Below, piece by piece: positions 9,471-19,479 of a stretch of DNA of 32,000 nt; the first letter of the stretch is position 1; each line of letters begins with the position of its first letter. This DNA comes from Thermofilum adornatum (GTDB taxonomy: Archaea; Thermoproteota; Thermoprotei; Thermofilales; Thermofilaceae): positions 810,001 to 842,000 of the forward strand of contig NC_022093.1 of assembly GCF_000446015.1 (NCBI RefSeq). Direction: 5' to 3'. The notes below the pieces were generated by a model. That model saw only the letters and a program-made list of their open reading frames with translations. It ran no database searches and was not told where the DNA came from. A program made the translations under genes and the position numbers.

Positions 9471-9881
9471 GTGCCTTCAAGCCCTTGCAAGAAAGCTCTA
9501 GTCGACACGAGTATACTAATTTATTTTGTTGAACAAAATATAGACCTTTTAGAACTCTTCCTACAAGATGAAATCTGCCAACTAATAATCACTACACATG
9601 TCCTAGAAGAATTAAAATACATGGCTACCACCGCTAGGGGAGACAAGTCACGAAAAGCTAGAGTTGCCCTCGACGTGCTAAGGGAAAAAATAAGCCTCCA
9701 CCCAGCCTTGTTTACGCTTAGACACTACCCATTAAAACTTCCTACGGACGATCTATTGATAGAAGTCGCCGCCTCCGGGAAATACATTCTACTTACGGCA
9801 GACAAAATTTTAAAGAATAAGGCGGCTAAGAGAGGCATAGATGTTCTATTTTTACGAAAGTCCAGCAAGAAGCTAACATAG
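9471..9881 (+). CDS. PIN-domain protein (Fcf1/VapC-like nuclease fold), GTG start
   Basis: LVDTSILIYF (first acidic PIN residue), THVLEELK and LLTADKIL segments. A TTTATATA box at about 9444-9451 sits roughly 20-25 nt upstream, implying a leaderless mRNA. No partner antitoxin ORF. Confidence 0.5.
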   Translation: MPSSPCKKALVDTSILIYFVEQNIDLLELFLQDEICQLIITTHVLEELKYMATTARGDKSRKARVALDVLREKISLHPALFTLRHYPLKLPTDDLLIEVAASGKYILLTADKILKNKAAKRGIDVLFLRKSSKKLT

Positions 9882-9969
9882 ATAACATTAAAAATATAAA
9901 ACTCCCAGTTACAAGGGAAACCAAAAAGCTTAAATACTAATAAAAGAAGAAAATATTGGAAAGATTTAA

Positions 9970-10959
9970 ATGGATTTCGGGCGTGGAAAAATGTTTAAAG
10001 ATAACGTTAAAAGGGAGGATTTAAATACAGCAGGCGAAAAGGAAGAGGGAGAACTACGTTGTCCACAGTGCGGTAGCACAAGGCTGATATACGACTCGAC
10101 AAGAGGCGAAATTATCTGTGCAAATTGTGGCTACGTAATGAGTGAGAGAGAAGTTGACCAAGGCGCAGAGTGGCGGGCTTTTACTCCCGAGGAACGCGAA
10201 AAGAGAAGTAGAGTAGGTGCACCAATATCCAGGTATGGATTCGAAAGCCCGGTCACAGACATCGACTGGGTTGGTAAAGACGCTGCTGGTAGAGAGATAA
10301 GCCTGAGGAAACGCCTAGAAATGCTCCGACTGAGAAAATGGCAGGTAAGAGCCAGAGCACAAAACTCTATGGAGAGAAACCTGGCACAGGCAGTAATTGA
10401 GCTTGAAAGGTTGGGAGCCCAGCTGGGCCTGCCCAAAGCGGTTCTTGACAGGGCGCTTGAGATCTATAGAAGCGCTCTAAACAGCAATCTTGTCAGGGGC
10501 AGGTCTATTGAATCAGTTATGGCAGCCGCGGTATATGCAGCCTGCAGAGAAATGCGTCTACCTAGAACCCTAGACGAGATTGCTCTCTACACGAGGGCAG
10601 GCAGAAAAGACGTGGCAAGGTGCTATAGGCTGTTGTTGAGAGAAGCATCCATAAAGGTTCCCCTTCCAAATGCTGCCGACTTTGTCCCTAGGATCGGTTC
10701 CCTGCTACGCCTGTCTGGAGCTACCATAAAAAGAGCAATGGAGATAATTGACCAGGCGAGAAATGCTGGTCTAACTGCTGGAAAAGATCCAGCAGGGCTT
10801 GCTGCAGCAGCTATCTACATAGCAGCAATACAAAACGGGGAGATGAGGACACAGAAAGAGGTCGCCAGAGCAGCGAAGGTCACCGAGGTCACCGTTAGGA
10901 ACAGATACAAGGAGCTTGTCAAAAGGCTCGACATAAAGCTTCCCATAACGAAAAAGTAA
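9970..10959 (+). CDS. tfb: Transcription initiation factor B (TFB/TFIIB)
   Basis: Zn-ribbon CPQCGS...CANCG, B-finger/linker and two cyclin-like repeats ([17 protein letters not shown]; [12 protein letters not shown]). Confidence 0.95.
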   Translation: MDFGRGKMFKDNVKREDLNTAGEKEEGELRCPQCGSTRLIYDSTRGEIICANCGYVMSEREVDQGAEWRAFTPEEREKRSRVGAPISRYGFESPVTDIDWVGKDAAGREISLRKRLEMLRLRKWQVRARAQNSMERNLAQAVIELERLGAQLGLPKAVLDRALEIYRSALNSNLVRGRSIESVMAAAVYAACREMRLPRTLDEIALYTRAGRKDVARCYRLLLREASIKVPLPNAADFVPRIGSLLRLSGATIKRAMEIIDQARNAGLTAGKDPAGLAAAAIYIAAIQNGEMRTQKEVARAAKVTEVTVRNRYKELVKRLDIKLPITKK

Positions 10960-11003
10960 CTTTACGCATAAAACAAATTAGGAAAAAAGGTTTTCTGTAG
11001 CTT

Positions 11004-11846
11004 ATGCTCGTCATAGCTGGCATTGGGCTCTTCGATCTTCGGGACATTCCCCTTGGATTGCTGGAAGAAGTGAAGGATGCTTCTGCAGTGTTTATCGAAA
11101 CTTACACCAGCGTGCTTCCAGGCTTCTCGGTGGATAAGTTATCCAGGCTCCTTAACAGACAAATTATCCAGCTTGTCCGGGCAGAAATAGAAGACAAGGG
11201 CGCAAAAATTATTCTCGAGAAAGCTAAAAACGAGAAAGTTATCCTGCTTGTCGTTGGAAACCCGCTCCTAGCCACTACACATGCATCCATAATTATAGAT
11301 GCATATAGGCTAGGCATAACAGTCAAAGTTATCCCAGCGGCTTCAGTTATAGACGGTCTAATAGTCTCTACTGGTCTCCACGCGTACAAACTTGGAAAAA
11401 TAGTAACGCTTGTATTCCCAGAAGACAAAGAGCTGAAAAACTATCCCTACACGCCTTACCAGACGCTATGCGACAATTTATCTAGAGGTCTTCACACCAT
11501 ATTTCTCCTAGATATTAGACAAGAGGAGAGAAGATATCTACTCGCACCCGAAGCCGCCTCGCTCCTCTTAAAGATAGAAGAAAAGTTTAAAGAAAACGTG
11601 CTAGACGACGACACACTTGCCATAGCTGTCGCTAGGGCTACGGCTGACAATGAACAGGTCTATGTCGGTAAACTTTCGGAACTTGCAGCCAGGGATCTCG
11701 GGGAGCCACCGCACACACTTGTTATCCCTGGGCTTTTACACGACTCGGAAATAGAGTTTTTATACTATAAAACGGGAACAGCGATAGGGGTGTTCAAGGA
11801 TTGGAACAAGAAGCTAAGTGCAAGAATAATGCAGAGAAATACATAG
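11004..11846 (+). CDS. dphB: Diphthine synthase (Dph5)
   Basis: MLVIAGIGL...IETYTS N-terminus, VGNPLLATTH, tetrapyrrole-methylase-fold length of about 260-280 aa. Confidence 0.9.
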   Translation: MLVIAGIGLFDLRDIPLGLLEEVKDASAVFIETYTSVLPGFSVDKLSRLLNRQIIQLVRAEIEDKGAKIILEKAKNEKVILLVVGNPLLATTHASIIIDAYRLGITVKVIPAASVIDGLIVSTGLHAYKLGKIVTLVFPEDKELKNYPYTPYQTLCDNLSRGLHTIFLLDIRQEERRYLLAPEAASLLLKIEEKFKENVLDDDTLAIAVARATADNEQVYVGKLSELAARDLGEPPHTLVIPGLLHDSEIEFLYYKTGTAIGVFKDWNKKLSARIMQRNT

Positions 11847-12484
11847 CAAACCTAGAAGAAGCCACCAAAACATTGCAGATACAAGAAGAGGACAAAACCG
11901 TTGAACAAATAATACGTCTCGTAAATGATTACCTTAGCGACGCACGTTATTATCTTTCACAAAACGACTGCTTAACATCTATAGCATGCTCATCCTATGC
12001 CGAGGGTCTCCTAGACGCCCTAAGGCTCCTAGGAAAGGTCGACTTTAGTTGGCCCCAGCAAGGCCACCACGCAAAGCGTGTGCTTGTTGGTGGTGTCTTT
12101 GACATCCTGCATCCAGGACACATCTATTTTCTAAGAAAGGCGAGAGAACTAGGCAGAGTCTATGTCGTTCTCGCCAAGGACCAAACAGTCCTAGAATCCA
12201 AGGGCAGGCCACCCGTTCTCTCTGAAAACGAGAGGGCCGAGATCCTGAGGGAACTAAAAACAGTAACAGAAGTTATTATAGGAACTTATCCCCCAGACTT
12301 CAAGAAAATTCTAGAAGAAGTAAAGCCGGACATAGTTTTTCTAGGCCCCGACCAGTCTTACCTTGTACCCCTAATCGAGAAGTCCCTAAAAGAAGCAGGC
12401 ATCAGTGCAGAAATCAAGCAACTAGACAAGAGGCTGGAAAACTATTCTTCCACGAGGATTAAACAGTCAATTAAAAACAGCTAG
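11801..12484 (+). CDS. FAD synthase RibL-like cytidylyltransferase with about 95-aa N-terminal helical extension
   Basis: VLVGGVFDILHPGHIYFLRKARELG ... GRPPVLSENERAE ... PDIVFLGPDQ matches the RibL/CTP-transferase (HxGH) pattern. The TTG start overlaps dphB by 46 nt and is uncertain. Confidence 0.6.
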   Translation: MEQEAKCKNNAEKYIANLEEATKTLQIQEEDKTVEQIIRLVNDYLSDARYYLSQNDCLTSIACSSYAEGLLDALRLLGKVDFSWPQQGHHAKRVLVGGVFDILHPGHIYFLRKARELGRVYVVLAKDQTVLESKGRPPVLSENERAEILRELKTVTEVIIGTYPPDFKKILEEVKPDIVFLGPDQSYLVPLIEKSLKEAGISAEIKQLDKRLENYSSTRIKQSIKNS

Positions 12485-13161
12485 CATATTTCTCTACGCG
12501 CCTTTACCGAGTAATTGTGCGCCTGACGTAGCGGCTCAGGCTCCCTTAGTCCAGTCCTTGTGAAATCACGTGTAACTTGGACCGCTTTCCAGAGAGAAAT
12601 TTTGTGGCCAACACTTACATAGATAGGCTTGGCACGTGGAGAAGTCTTCAGAGCGACGCCAATCGTCTCGCCTTGATAAATCACTGGGGCAACATCATTG
12701 TTCCAGTTGCCTATTTCCCCTATCAAGAGGGACTTGGCCACACCTATAGTCGGCTTGTCGATTACCAAGCCCAGCTGACAGGCGAATCCAGCCCTGTAGG
12801 GGTGCAGTCTACCGTTTCCATCAACGAATAAAACGTCGTACTCCTCCCGGAGACCCTTCAAGGCTTTGTATGCTGGATACGTCTCCCGGAAACCGAGAAG
12901 TGTAGGAATGTATGGAAACCTTACCTCGGTCTTAGCTATCGAGACATCTATAACAGAAAACGTATCTCTATCAACTACAACTGCAACACCTATAGCATAG
13001 TTTTCTCTAAAAGAGACATCTACACCCGCGGCTCTGCGAACATGGGTTCCAACAAAGTCCTCTTCAATAACAAGTTCGGCTATCCTACGCTGGGCGTAAC
13101 GAGCTCTCTCAACCAAGAAGCCTTTAGGAATCTCGGAGTGCCTTACTCTTTCCCAGCCCAT
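12481..13161 (-). CDS. nfi: Endonuclease V
   Basis: GVDVSF, FVDGNGRLHPYRAGFACQLG, PTIGVAKS and YVSVGH motifs. Confidence 0.85.
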   Translation of the reverse strand: MGWERVRHSEIPKGFLVERARYAQRRIAELVIEEDFVGTHVRRAAGVDVSFRENYAIGVAVVVDRDTFSVIDVSIAKTEVRFPYIPTLLGFRETYPAYKALKGLREEYDVLFVDGNGRLHPYRAGFACQLGLVIDKPTIGVAKSLLIGEIGNWNNDVAPVIYQGETIGVALKTSPRAKPIYVSVGHKISLWKAVQVTRDFTRTGLREPEPLRQAHNYSVKARREIC

Positions 13162-13790
13162 TTTCCAGCCTTCTCGATTTTTTCTATGAGTTCCTGGCTC
13201 CGCTCAAAAAACATTATGTCATTCCTCGTGTTTTCTAGCAATGCCCTTGCAACGTCTACCTTGTGTCTTAGTCCAGGCGTCAAGGCTTCTGGAAAACTAA
13301 ACTTGCTTAGCTCAACATATAGCTCCTCCATTATAGCGAACGCATTCCATGCCTCCTTGAGTTCTCCCTTTCGTAGCAGGTTCAGTATATACCGCCTCAG
13401 TTCCCCAATGAAGTCTCCAACACCAGCTAGGTATGCTTGGGGGTCGACATTCAATTCTCCTAGCCCAGGTGGCTCCCGTCGGCGTAGGATAGAATAGAGA
13501 AGGCTAGCTTCAACATATTCTGTCTGTGCGCTTGACACAGCGCCGGAGTAGTATATCTGGGGGCTCTCGGTCTTAAGCTTATTTATCTCCTCAAGTATCT
13601 CCCTTGCCTTTGAGAGTTCATCCTCGGCGTGTACAAAGTCTTCCCTATGTAGTGCAAACATTGCCTCGCGGCATCTCCGAGACATTTCACGTGTAAGTTG
13701 TAGCATTTTTTCCCTTTCCATGTCTAGCCTCTCGAGTACCTGGTTTACTCCAGAGAGTTCTAGCTTTATCTTCTGTGCAAAGTTTTGCAT
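13143..13790 (-). CDS. Translin-family protein (COG2178-like, predicted RNA-binding)
   Basis: All-helical protein of about 215 aa with GVGDFIGELRRY and EEL..EL..F motifs resembling archaeal translin-like proteins. Its 3' end overlaps the nfi start by 19 nt. Confidence 0.55.
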   Translation of the reverse strand: MQNFAQKIKLELSGVNQVLERLDMEREKMLQLTREMSRRCREAMFALHREDFVHAEDELSKAREILEEINKLKTESPQIYYSGAVSSAQTEYVEASLLYSILRRREPPGLGELNVDPQAYLAGVGDFIGELRRYILNLLRKGELKEAWNAFAIMEELYVELSKFSFPEALTPGLRHKVDVARALLENTRNDIMFFERSQELIEKIEKAGKWAGKE

Positions 13791-13832
13791 AACAATTTAT
13801 TACATCGAAGAGTAATATTGTTTCTGTTGGCT

Positions 13833-14762
13833 ATGTCTATGGAAGCATCTATACTTGAAAAATACAGGAAAGCAGGTCAAATAGCATTAGAGGCCCACAA
13901 GCTGGCTGTCAATGTAGCGAACGAGGGGACCCCCCTTCTAGACATAGCAGAAAAAATAGAGAAATTCATAATCTCTAGGGGGGCTTTCCCAGCATTCCCC
14001 GTAAACATATCGATAAATGAGGTTGCCGCACACTATACACCTCTCCCAAGCGATGGCCTAGCTGTTCCAAAGGGAAGCGTATTAAAGATCGACATAGGCG
14101 TTCACGTGGACGGCTACATAGCAGACACAGCGATAACGATCGCGTTTGACCCTGCATGGAAAAAACTATCAAGAGCAGCCTTCGATGCCTTAAAGTCAGC
14201 TGGCGAAACGCTGAGACCAAAGAGGAGCATCTATGACGTTTCCAAGGCGATAAGTGAAGCCATAGCGAGGCATCAATATAGACCAATAGAAAACCTCACG
14301 GGACACAAGGTTGAGCGATACAACCTCCATGCCGGGAAAAGCATACCAAATGTTCCAATGTTTGAATATCGCCTCAGTCTCGTGGACAAGGGAGAAGTAT
14401 TTGCAGTCGAGCCCTTCGCGACCAATGGGAGAGGAATAGTAGAAGACAAGGGATGGAGCAATATCTACCGTGTCGTGTCTGTCAAGAGGGTTCCAGGTGA
14501 GGCAAAACTCAACGATGCTTTAGAGGAACTCTGGCGCGAATTCAAGAGCCTACCATTTGCTGCGCGCTGGGCAATCGAGAAGGGTTTTTCACAGAAAGAC
14601 CTGGACATGTTAGTGAAACATAAACGTCTGTACCACTACCCGAGGCTGGTCGAGATTCAGAAAGGAATGGTTGCACAGTTTGAAGACACCTTTATTATCA
14701 CGGATAGCGGAGCCACTCCAATTGTCAAGGTCACAGAGAACTTCCAGTACCTTGTCGAATAG
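13833..14762 (+). CDS. map: Methionine aminopeptidase, type 2
   Basis: AAHYTP, IDIGVHVDGYIADTA, LTGHKVERYNLHAGKSIPN, FAVEPFAT and AQFEDTFI metal-ligand motifs. I prefer ATG 13833 over the track's 13785, which would overlap the divergent translin start. Confidence 0.9.
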   Translation: MSMEASILEKYRKAGQIALEAHKLAVNVANEGTPLLDIAEKIEKFIISRGAFPAFPVNISINEVAAHYTPLPSDGLAVPKGSVLKIDIGVHVDGYIADTAITIAFDPAWKKLSRAAFDALKSAGETLRPKRSIYDVSKAISEAIARHQYRPIENLTGHKVERYNLHAGKSIPNVPMFEYRLSLVDKGEVFAVEPFATNGRGIVEDKGWSNIYRVVSVKRVPGEAKLNDALEELWREFKSLPFAARWAIEKGFSQKDLDMLVKHKRLYHYPRLVEIQKGMVAQFEDTFIITDSGATPIVKVTENFQYLVE

Positions 14763-14806
14763 CTAGCTAGCGTAAAATTTATTGGGGATCCTGCTATTCT
14801 TAACTG

Positions 14807-15304
14807 ATGAGCACCGAGTATAAGATTCTAATTATAGATGTTCCTGTACCAGAAAAAACAAACGTCATAATTGGGCAAACACACTTCATCAAGAGTGTAG
14901 AGGACATCGCAGAAGTCGTAGCTACAAGTGTACCCAACGCCAAGTTTGGCCTAGCCTTCAACGAAGCGTCAGGCGATAGACTCGTACGGTTCGACGGAAA
15001 CGACCCAGAACTTGTCCAGCTAGCAATCGAATCGGCTAAACGTATAGGGGCTGGACACGTTTTTGTTCTATACCTGAGGGACGCATGGCCCATAAACATA
15101 CTGAATCAGATCAAAAATGTCCAAGAAGTCGCACACGTTTTCTGCGCCACGGCGAACCCAGTACAGGTCGTAGTTATAGAGACATCACAGGGGAGAGGCG
15201 TCCTCGGCGTTGTCGACGGTTACACAGTGGTCGGCGTCGAGAAAGAGGAAGACAAGAAGAAGAGGATAGAGTTTCTCCGCCGAATAGGCTACAAGAGAGG
15301 ATAG
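14807..15304 (+). CDS. PF04008 ('adenosine-specific kinase', former DUF355) family protein
   Basis: GQTHFIKSVEDI, KFGLAFNEASG, GAGHVFV, ATANPVQVVV and GRGVLGVVDG resemble the family as remembered. Confidence 0.5.
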   Translation: MSTEYKILIIDVPVPEKTNVIIGQTHFIKSVEDIAEVVATSVPNAKFGLAFNEASGDRLVRFDGNDPELVQLAIESAKRIGAGHVFVLYLRDAWPINILNQIKNVQEVAHVFCATANPVQVVVIETSQGRGVLGVVDGYTVVGVEKEEDKKKRIEFLRRIGYKRG

Positions 15305-15351
15305 AACTTTTTATAAACTTTATTTTTCTTTGTACCGAGCGGTGCTTCAGC

Positions 15352-15714
15352 TTGGAGAAGCAGGAATTAAAGCAGGTCATTGTGCTGAGGAGAGACCTGG
15401 AAATGGGCAAAGGAAAAATGGTTGCACAGGGATGTCACGCGGCTGTAGAGGCGGTTCTGGAAACTATGAAAAGAGACAAACAATTGGTAGAGAGATGGCT
15501 CGAGCAGGGACAGAAAAAGATAGTGTTGCGGGTCGATAGCGAGGAAGAGCTCCTGGATCTATATCGCAGGGCACAGGAGCTTGGAATTACTGCTGTCCTA
15601 GTTGTAGACAAGGGACTAACCCAGCTACCCCCAAACACTGTTACAGCTCTCGGACTGGGACCTGCACCTGCAGAAGTCCTCGACAAGATAACGGGAAAAC
15701 TCAAGCTTTTATAG
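15352..15714 (+). CDS. pth2: Peptidyl-tRNA hydrolase, archaeal type (Pth2)
   Basis: LKQVIVLRRDLEMGKGKMVAQGCHAA ... VVDKGLTQLPPNTVTALGLGP ... is the Pth2 core of about 120 aa. In-frame TTG at 15352 follows a TTTTATAAA box (about 15310-15318). The track's 209-aa version adds an Arg-rich overlap with the previous gene. Confidence 0.85.
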   Translation: MEKQELKQVIVLRRDLEMGKGKMVAQGCHAAVEAVLETMKRDKQLVERWLEQGQKKIVLRVDSEEELLDLYRRAQELGITAVLVVDKGLTQLPPNTVTALGLGPAPAEVLDKITGKLKLL

Positions 15715-15735
15715 ATGGACGTCGAGCCATAGCCT

Positions 15736-17076
15736 ATGGCTTCGTATACGCGGACAAGCTCGGATCTTGACAAATATCTGGGTCTAGAATTCTATGCCTT
15801 GGCGTCCCCTGGTACAGGGGGTAGGCTGAAAGAGAGTCTGGAAGATTTCCTCGTGCAGGAGGTCTCAATAGATGGCGAAGTGGCTTCGCCTAAATGTTCG
15901 TATGTGGAGGGTGGGGGACAATACACTTGGCTTGTTCTAGAGAAGAGAAAGATAGATACGGTCGCTGCTGTTAAGATAGTCGCCAAGCATTTTGGTCTCA
16001 GGCTGAAAGACGTAGGCATAGCGGGGCTCAAAGACACGAATGCTGTTACTTACCAGTTTATCTCCCTGCAGGCCGACGTTACAAAGGAAATGATTGAGGA
16101 ATTTAACTCTAAACACTCTTACATCAAGTTGCATTGTCCCATGAAGAGGCCTTTTTCACTGCGTCCCGGCTTGCTTTATGGAAACTATTTTACGATCAAA
16201 GTGCGGGAAGTAGACTGTCTCAACTGCCTAGAAGACTTAGTTGAGGAGCTTTCAGAGAAAAAGATGGTTCCAAACTACTACGGATACCAGAGGTTTGGGT
16301 CTATACGGCCCGTGACACACATAGTTGGCAAAAAAATTTTGAAAGGCGAGTATAAAGAGGCAATAGACGAGCTTTTGCTGAGAATTTTTCCGGGAGAATC
16401 TGAAAATTCCCAGAAAGCTAGGAGCTTCCTCAAGGAAACAGGGGACTACCAGCAGGCCCTGGAAATTTTTCCCAAGACGTTGAGGAGTGAAAGAACAATT
16501 ATAAGGTATCTCGCCAAGCATCCAGGCGACTATGTCGGCGCCTTGAGATCAATAAGTAGCTATATCAAAAAACTGTTTATAGGGGCCTACCAGGCATACC
16601 TCTTCAACAGGTTGCTGAGCAAGCGTATGGAGTATGGCTTGTCGTATATTTATCCATCCCCTGGAGACTCTGTTGGCATCTTTAGAAGCACTTCTCAGCC
16701 AGTAATCACGGGGCTCCTGAGGGTGAACGAGACAAATCTGTCCAAAGTAAGGGAATGGATCGACAGGGGACAAGCGGCGCTGGTTTTACCGGTCTTTGGG
16801 TACAGAAGCCAGCTCTCGCTGGGACGAGTAGGCGATATCGAAAAGGAGCTTCTACGAGAAGAAGAAATAGACATTTCACTTTTCAGGCTGAAATCTATCC
16901 CAGAAGCCTCTTCAGCTGGAACCTACAGGATGGCTGCTCTCAAACCAATAGGTCTAGAGCACCAAGTTTTCGGCAACGGTTACGAGATAAAGTTTAGGCT
17001 TTACAAGGGGATGTACGCCACGGTCTTGCTCAGAGAGTTTATTAAGCCTTCTGACCCAGCTAAACAGGGGTTTTAG
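15736..17076 (+). CDS. truD: tRNA pseudouridine synthase D (TruD/Pus7-type, Psi13)
   Basis: Catalytic-Asp motif GIAGLKDTNAVT, NYYGYQRFG and TruD insertion-domain length. Confidence 0.8.
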   Translation: MASYTRTSSDLDKYLGLEFYALASPGTGGRLKESLEDFLVQEVSIDGEVASPKCSYVEGGGQYTWLVLEKRKIDTVAAVKIVAKHFGLRLKDVGIAGLKDTNAVTYQFISLQADVTKEMIEEFNSKHSYIKLHCPMKRPFSLRPGLLYGNYFTIKVREVDCLNCLEDLVEELSEKKMVPNYYGYQRFGSIRPVTHIVGKKILKGEYKEAIDELLLRIFPGESENSQKARSFLKETGDYQQALEIFPKTLRSERTIIRYLAKHPGDYVGALRSISSYIKKLFIGAYQAYLFNRLLSKRMEYGLSYIYPSPGDSVGIFRSTSQPVITGLLRVNETNLSKVREWIDRGQAALVLPVFGYRSQLSLGRVGDIEKELLREEEIDISLFRLKSIPEASSAGTYRMAALKPIGLEHQVFGNGYEIKFRLYKGMYATVLLREFIKPSDPAKQGF

Positions 17077-17078
17077 CT

Positions 17079-19472
17079 ATGCCGCTTGTACCTTTGGAAC
17101 ATCTCGACGAAGTACGGGAGGAACTCGTCAAGGCTTCGAAAAGCAAGCATCGGAGGCTACTTGTAATTATGGGCGATGACGACTCGAGGCTTATGGCTAC
17201 ACTGTTAGACTTCCTCTACGAGGTAAAGGACCTCATTGCTTCCGAAAAGGTTCTCTACACTTATCACTCATTCTACTCTGACGGGTCTATGAGGCGAGAG
17301 TTCTTCGAGAAAGGCGCCCCCAAGGATATAACAATAGAATACGTTTCTTACCATAAGCTGGACACCGTTCTAGGAAGAACCTATGGGGCATGCATCGCTG
17401 ACTTCATCAACAACCTCGAGCCAAACGACCTAGGCAAAATAATGGGCGTTGTTAGAGGTGGCGGCATCTATATTTTCCTCATGCCCACGCCCAACAGGCT
17501 CATGAGCACTGTAACAAGGTTTCAGAGCAACCTCATCGTCCCAGGCTATACGGACAAAGATCTTAAAAGATACTTCGAGAAGCGCCTCCTCAACAAGCTG
17601 ATGGAGCACCAAGGCATCGCTATATACGACGCTGACAATAGGTACTGGGTCAAAAAGTTTGGGCAAGTAGCCTCTAGGCTCTACGAGGAGCCCAAACTCG
17701 TTTTTCCAGAAAAAAGCAAGATACCCCTCAAGGTTTTTAGACTCGCAGTTACACAGGACCAGGTAGAAGTCCTAAAGATAATTGAAAACTTCTACTCGAA
17801 GGCCGAAAAAGAAAAGATGATATTTGTTCTGACAGCTGACCGTGGCAGGGGCAAGTCTTCTGCTATAGGGATAGGTGTAGGCTGGCTTGCTCATAGGTTG
17901 CGCCGGGCTAAGGGTAGATGCAACATTATTGTAACTTCTCCTTCCCCCTCCAACGTCCAAGAAGTCTTCAGATTTTCAAGAAAAGTTCTCGAGCTCTTTA
18001 AACATGAAGTTGACTCTCATGAGGACGAAGAAGGCTTCATACACAAGGTTACCGCTAAAGGTATAGAAATAGAATATGTTACTCCGTTTGAAGCTTTAAG
18101 GACTCGGGGAGACCTGCTCGTCGTAGACGAGGCAGCAAGCATACCAGTTCCCCTGCTCTTCAAATTGCTTGAAAGGTACAACAAGGTAATATACTCCTCT
18201 ACCGTTCACGGCTACGAGGGCTCAGGCAGAGGCTTCACTATTAGATTCCTGCACAGGATCAGAAACGAGAAAGGGGTCAAGCTCTACGAATACGAGATGG
18301 AAGAGCCTATACGCTATGCAAGGGACGACCCAGTAGAGAGATGGACATTCGACACCCTACTCCTTGACGCCGAGCCTAAGGAACTGTCCCAGGAAGACTT
18401 CTCCTTGATAGAGTCTCAGCAAGTTGTTTACGTGGCTCCAGACGAAGAAGAGCTGTTCCTGAAAAACGAGGATGAGTTACGGCAGTTCTTCGGAATATAT
18501 GTCATGGCCCACTACAGGAACAATCCAAACGACCTAGGAATCATGATGGACGCTCCACACCACTTTGTCAGAATGGCTAGGCTCGAAAACGGGAAAATCG
18601 TAGTCTCCATGGAGCTGGCAGTAGAGGGAAACATGGACGAAGACCTTTGCAGAGAGTCGGCAAGGGGGGCATGGCTCATGGGGAACATCATTCCAGACAG
18701 GGTAATCAAGCACTACAAGATACTAGACTTCGGGAAACTGAAGGGAATACGAGTAGTGAGAATAGCTACACACATATCGGCAATGAACAAGGGACTCGGC
18801 AGTTTTGCTCTGGCAAAGCTAGAAGAAGAGGCAAAAGAGAAGGGTTTTGACTGGGTTGGGGCCGGCTTCGGGGTTACCTACGAGCTGTTGAGGTTCTGGC
18901 TGAAAAATGGCTTCGTGCCTGTCCACATGAGCCCAGAGAGAAACCCAGTAAGCGGCGAGTACAGCATAATAGTTGTGAAGCCGCTTAGCGAAGAGGCCAA
19001 GAAAATAGTCGACGTCATAGCCAAGGAATTCAAGCAGAAATTGCTAGGCTCTTTAGCTTCGCCGTACTTTGACCTCGAACCAGAGGTAGCCCTACTCCTA
19101 CTCGAAGCACTGCCAGACCCGAATCCAAAGCTGGCTTTGTCTAAGCTCCAGTTGGCAAGGTTTCTGACCTATGCGTGGAGCGACATGACCGTCGAAAACT
19201 GCATGGACGTCTTCAACATGGTGACTAAGCACTATTTCCTTTCCTCGAGTCGTCCAACGCTCACAGAGAAACAAAAGCTTCTCCTCGTATCCAAGATCCT
19301 CCAGGCCAAAAGCTGGCGGCTCACATGCGATGAGTTAAACATGACGTTGACCGAAGCGACAAGCCTTCTAAAAGAGACTGCCCAGACATTCTCCAGACAC
19401 TATTTGGGGATAGGAAGCCCCACAGAGGCTGAAAAATACTTCTATCTCCACGTTGACAAGATTGAACCATGA
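17079..19472 (+). CDS. tmcA: tRNA(Met) cytidine acetyltransferase TmcA (Nat10/Kre33 homologue: helicase plus GNAT)
   Basis: Walker A TADRGRGKSSA, DEAA Walker B, STVHGYEGSGRGF and the GNAT segment RIATHISAMNKGLGSFAL. It starts 2 nt after the truD stop. Confidence 0.8.
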   Translation: MPLVPLEHLDEVREELVKASKSKHRRLLVIMGDDDSRLMATLLDFLYEVKDLIASEKVLYTYHSFYSDGSMRREFFEKGAPKDITIEYVSYHKLDTVLGRTYGACIADFINNLEPNDLGKIMGVVRGGGIYIFLMPTPNRLMSTVTRFQSNLIVPGYTDKDLKRYFEKRLLNKLMEHQGIAIYDADNRYWVKKFGQVASRLYEEPKLVFPEKSKIPLKVFRLAVTQDQVEVLKIIENFYSKAEKEKMIFVLTADRGRGKSSAIGIGVGWLAHRLRRAKGRCNIIVTSPSPSNVQEVFRFSRKVLELFKHEVDSHEDEEGFIHKVTAKGIEIEYVTPFEALRTRGDLLVVDEAASIPVPLLFKLLERYNKVIYSSTVHGYEGSGRGFTIRFLHRIRNEKGVKLYEYEMEEPIRYARDDPVERWTFDTLLLDAEPKELSQEDFSLIESQQVVYVAPDEEELFLKNEDELRQFFGIYVMAHYRNNPNDLGIMMDAPHHFVRMARLENGKIVVSMELAVEGNMDEDLCRESARGAWLMGNIIPDRVIKHYKILDFGKLKGIRVVRIATHISAMNKGLGSFALAKLEEEAKEKGFDWVGAGFGVTYELLRFWLKNGFVPVHMSPERNPVSGEYSIIVVKPLSEEAKKIVDVIAKEFKQKLLGSLASPYFDLEPEVALLLLEALPDPNPKLALSKLQLARFLTYAWSDMTVENCMDVFNMVTKHYFLSSSRPTLTEKQKLLLVSKILQAKSWRLTCDELNMTLTEATSLLKETAQTFSRHYLGIGSPTEAEKYFYLHVDKIEP

Positions 19473-19479
19473 GCGCGAA

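Noticed and set aside
9471-9881. PIN-domain gene as the toxin of a VapBC toxin-antitoxin or defence module
   Set aside because: No small antitoxin ORF is present upstream or downstream. The 222-bp upstream region is an ORF-free AT-rich promoter spacer. A stand-alone housekeeping Fcf1-like PIN protein is more plausible.
15085-15351. N-terminal 89-aa extension of the Pth2 ORF (RRPRRCRRLHSGRRRERGRQEEEDR...)
   Set aside because: It overlaps the 3' part of the PF04008 gene in another frame and is Arg-rich junk. The conserved Pth2 core starts at TTG 15352, behind its own TATA box.
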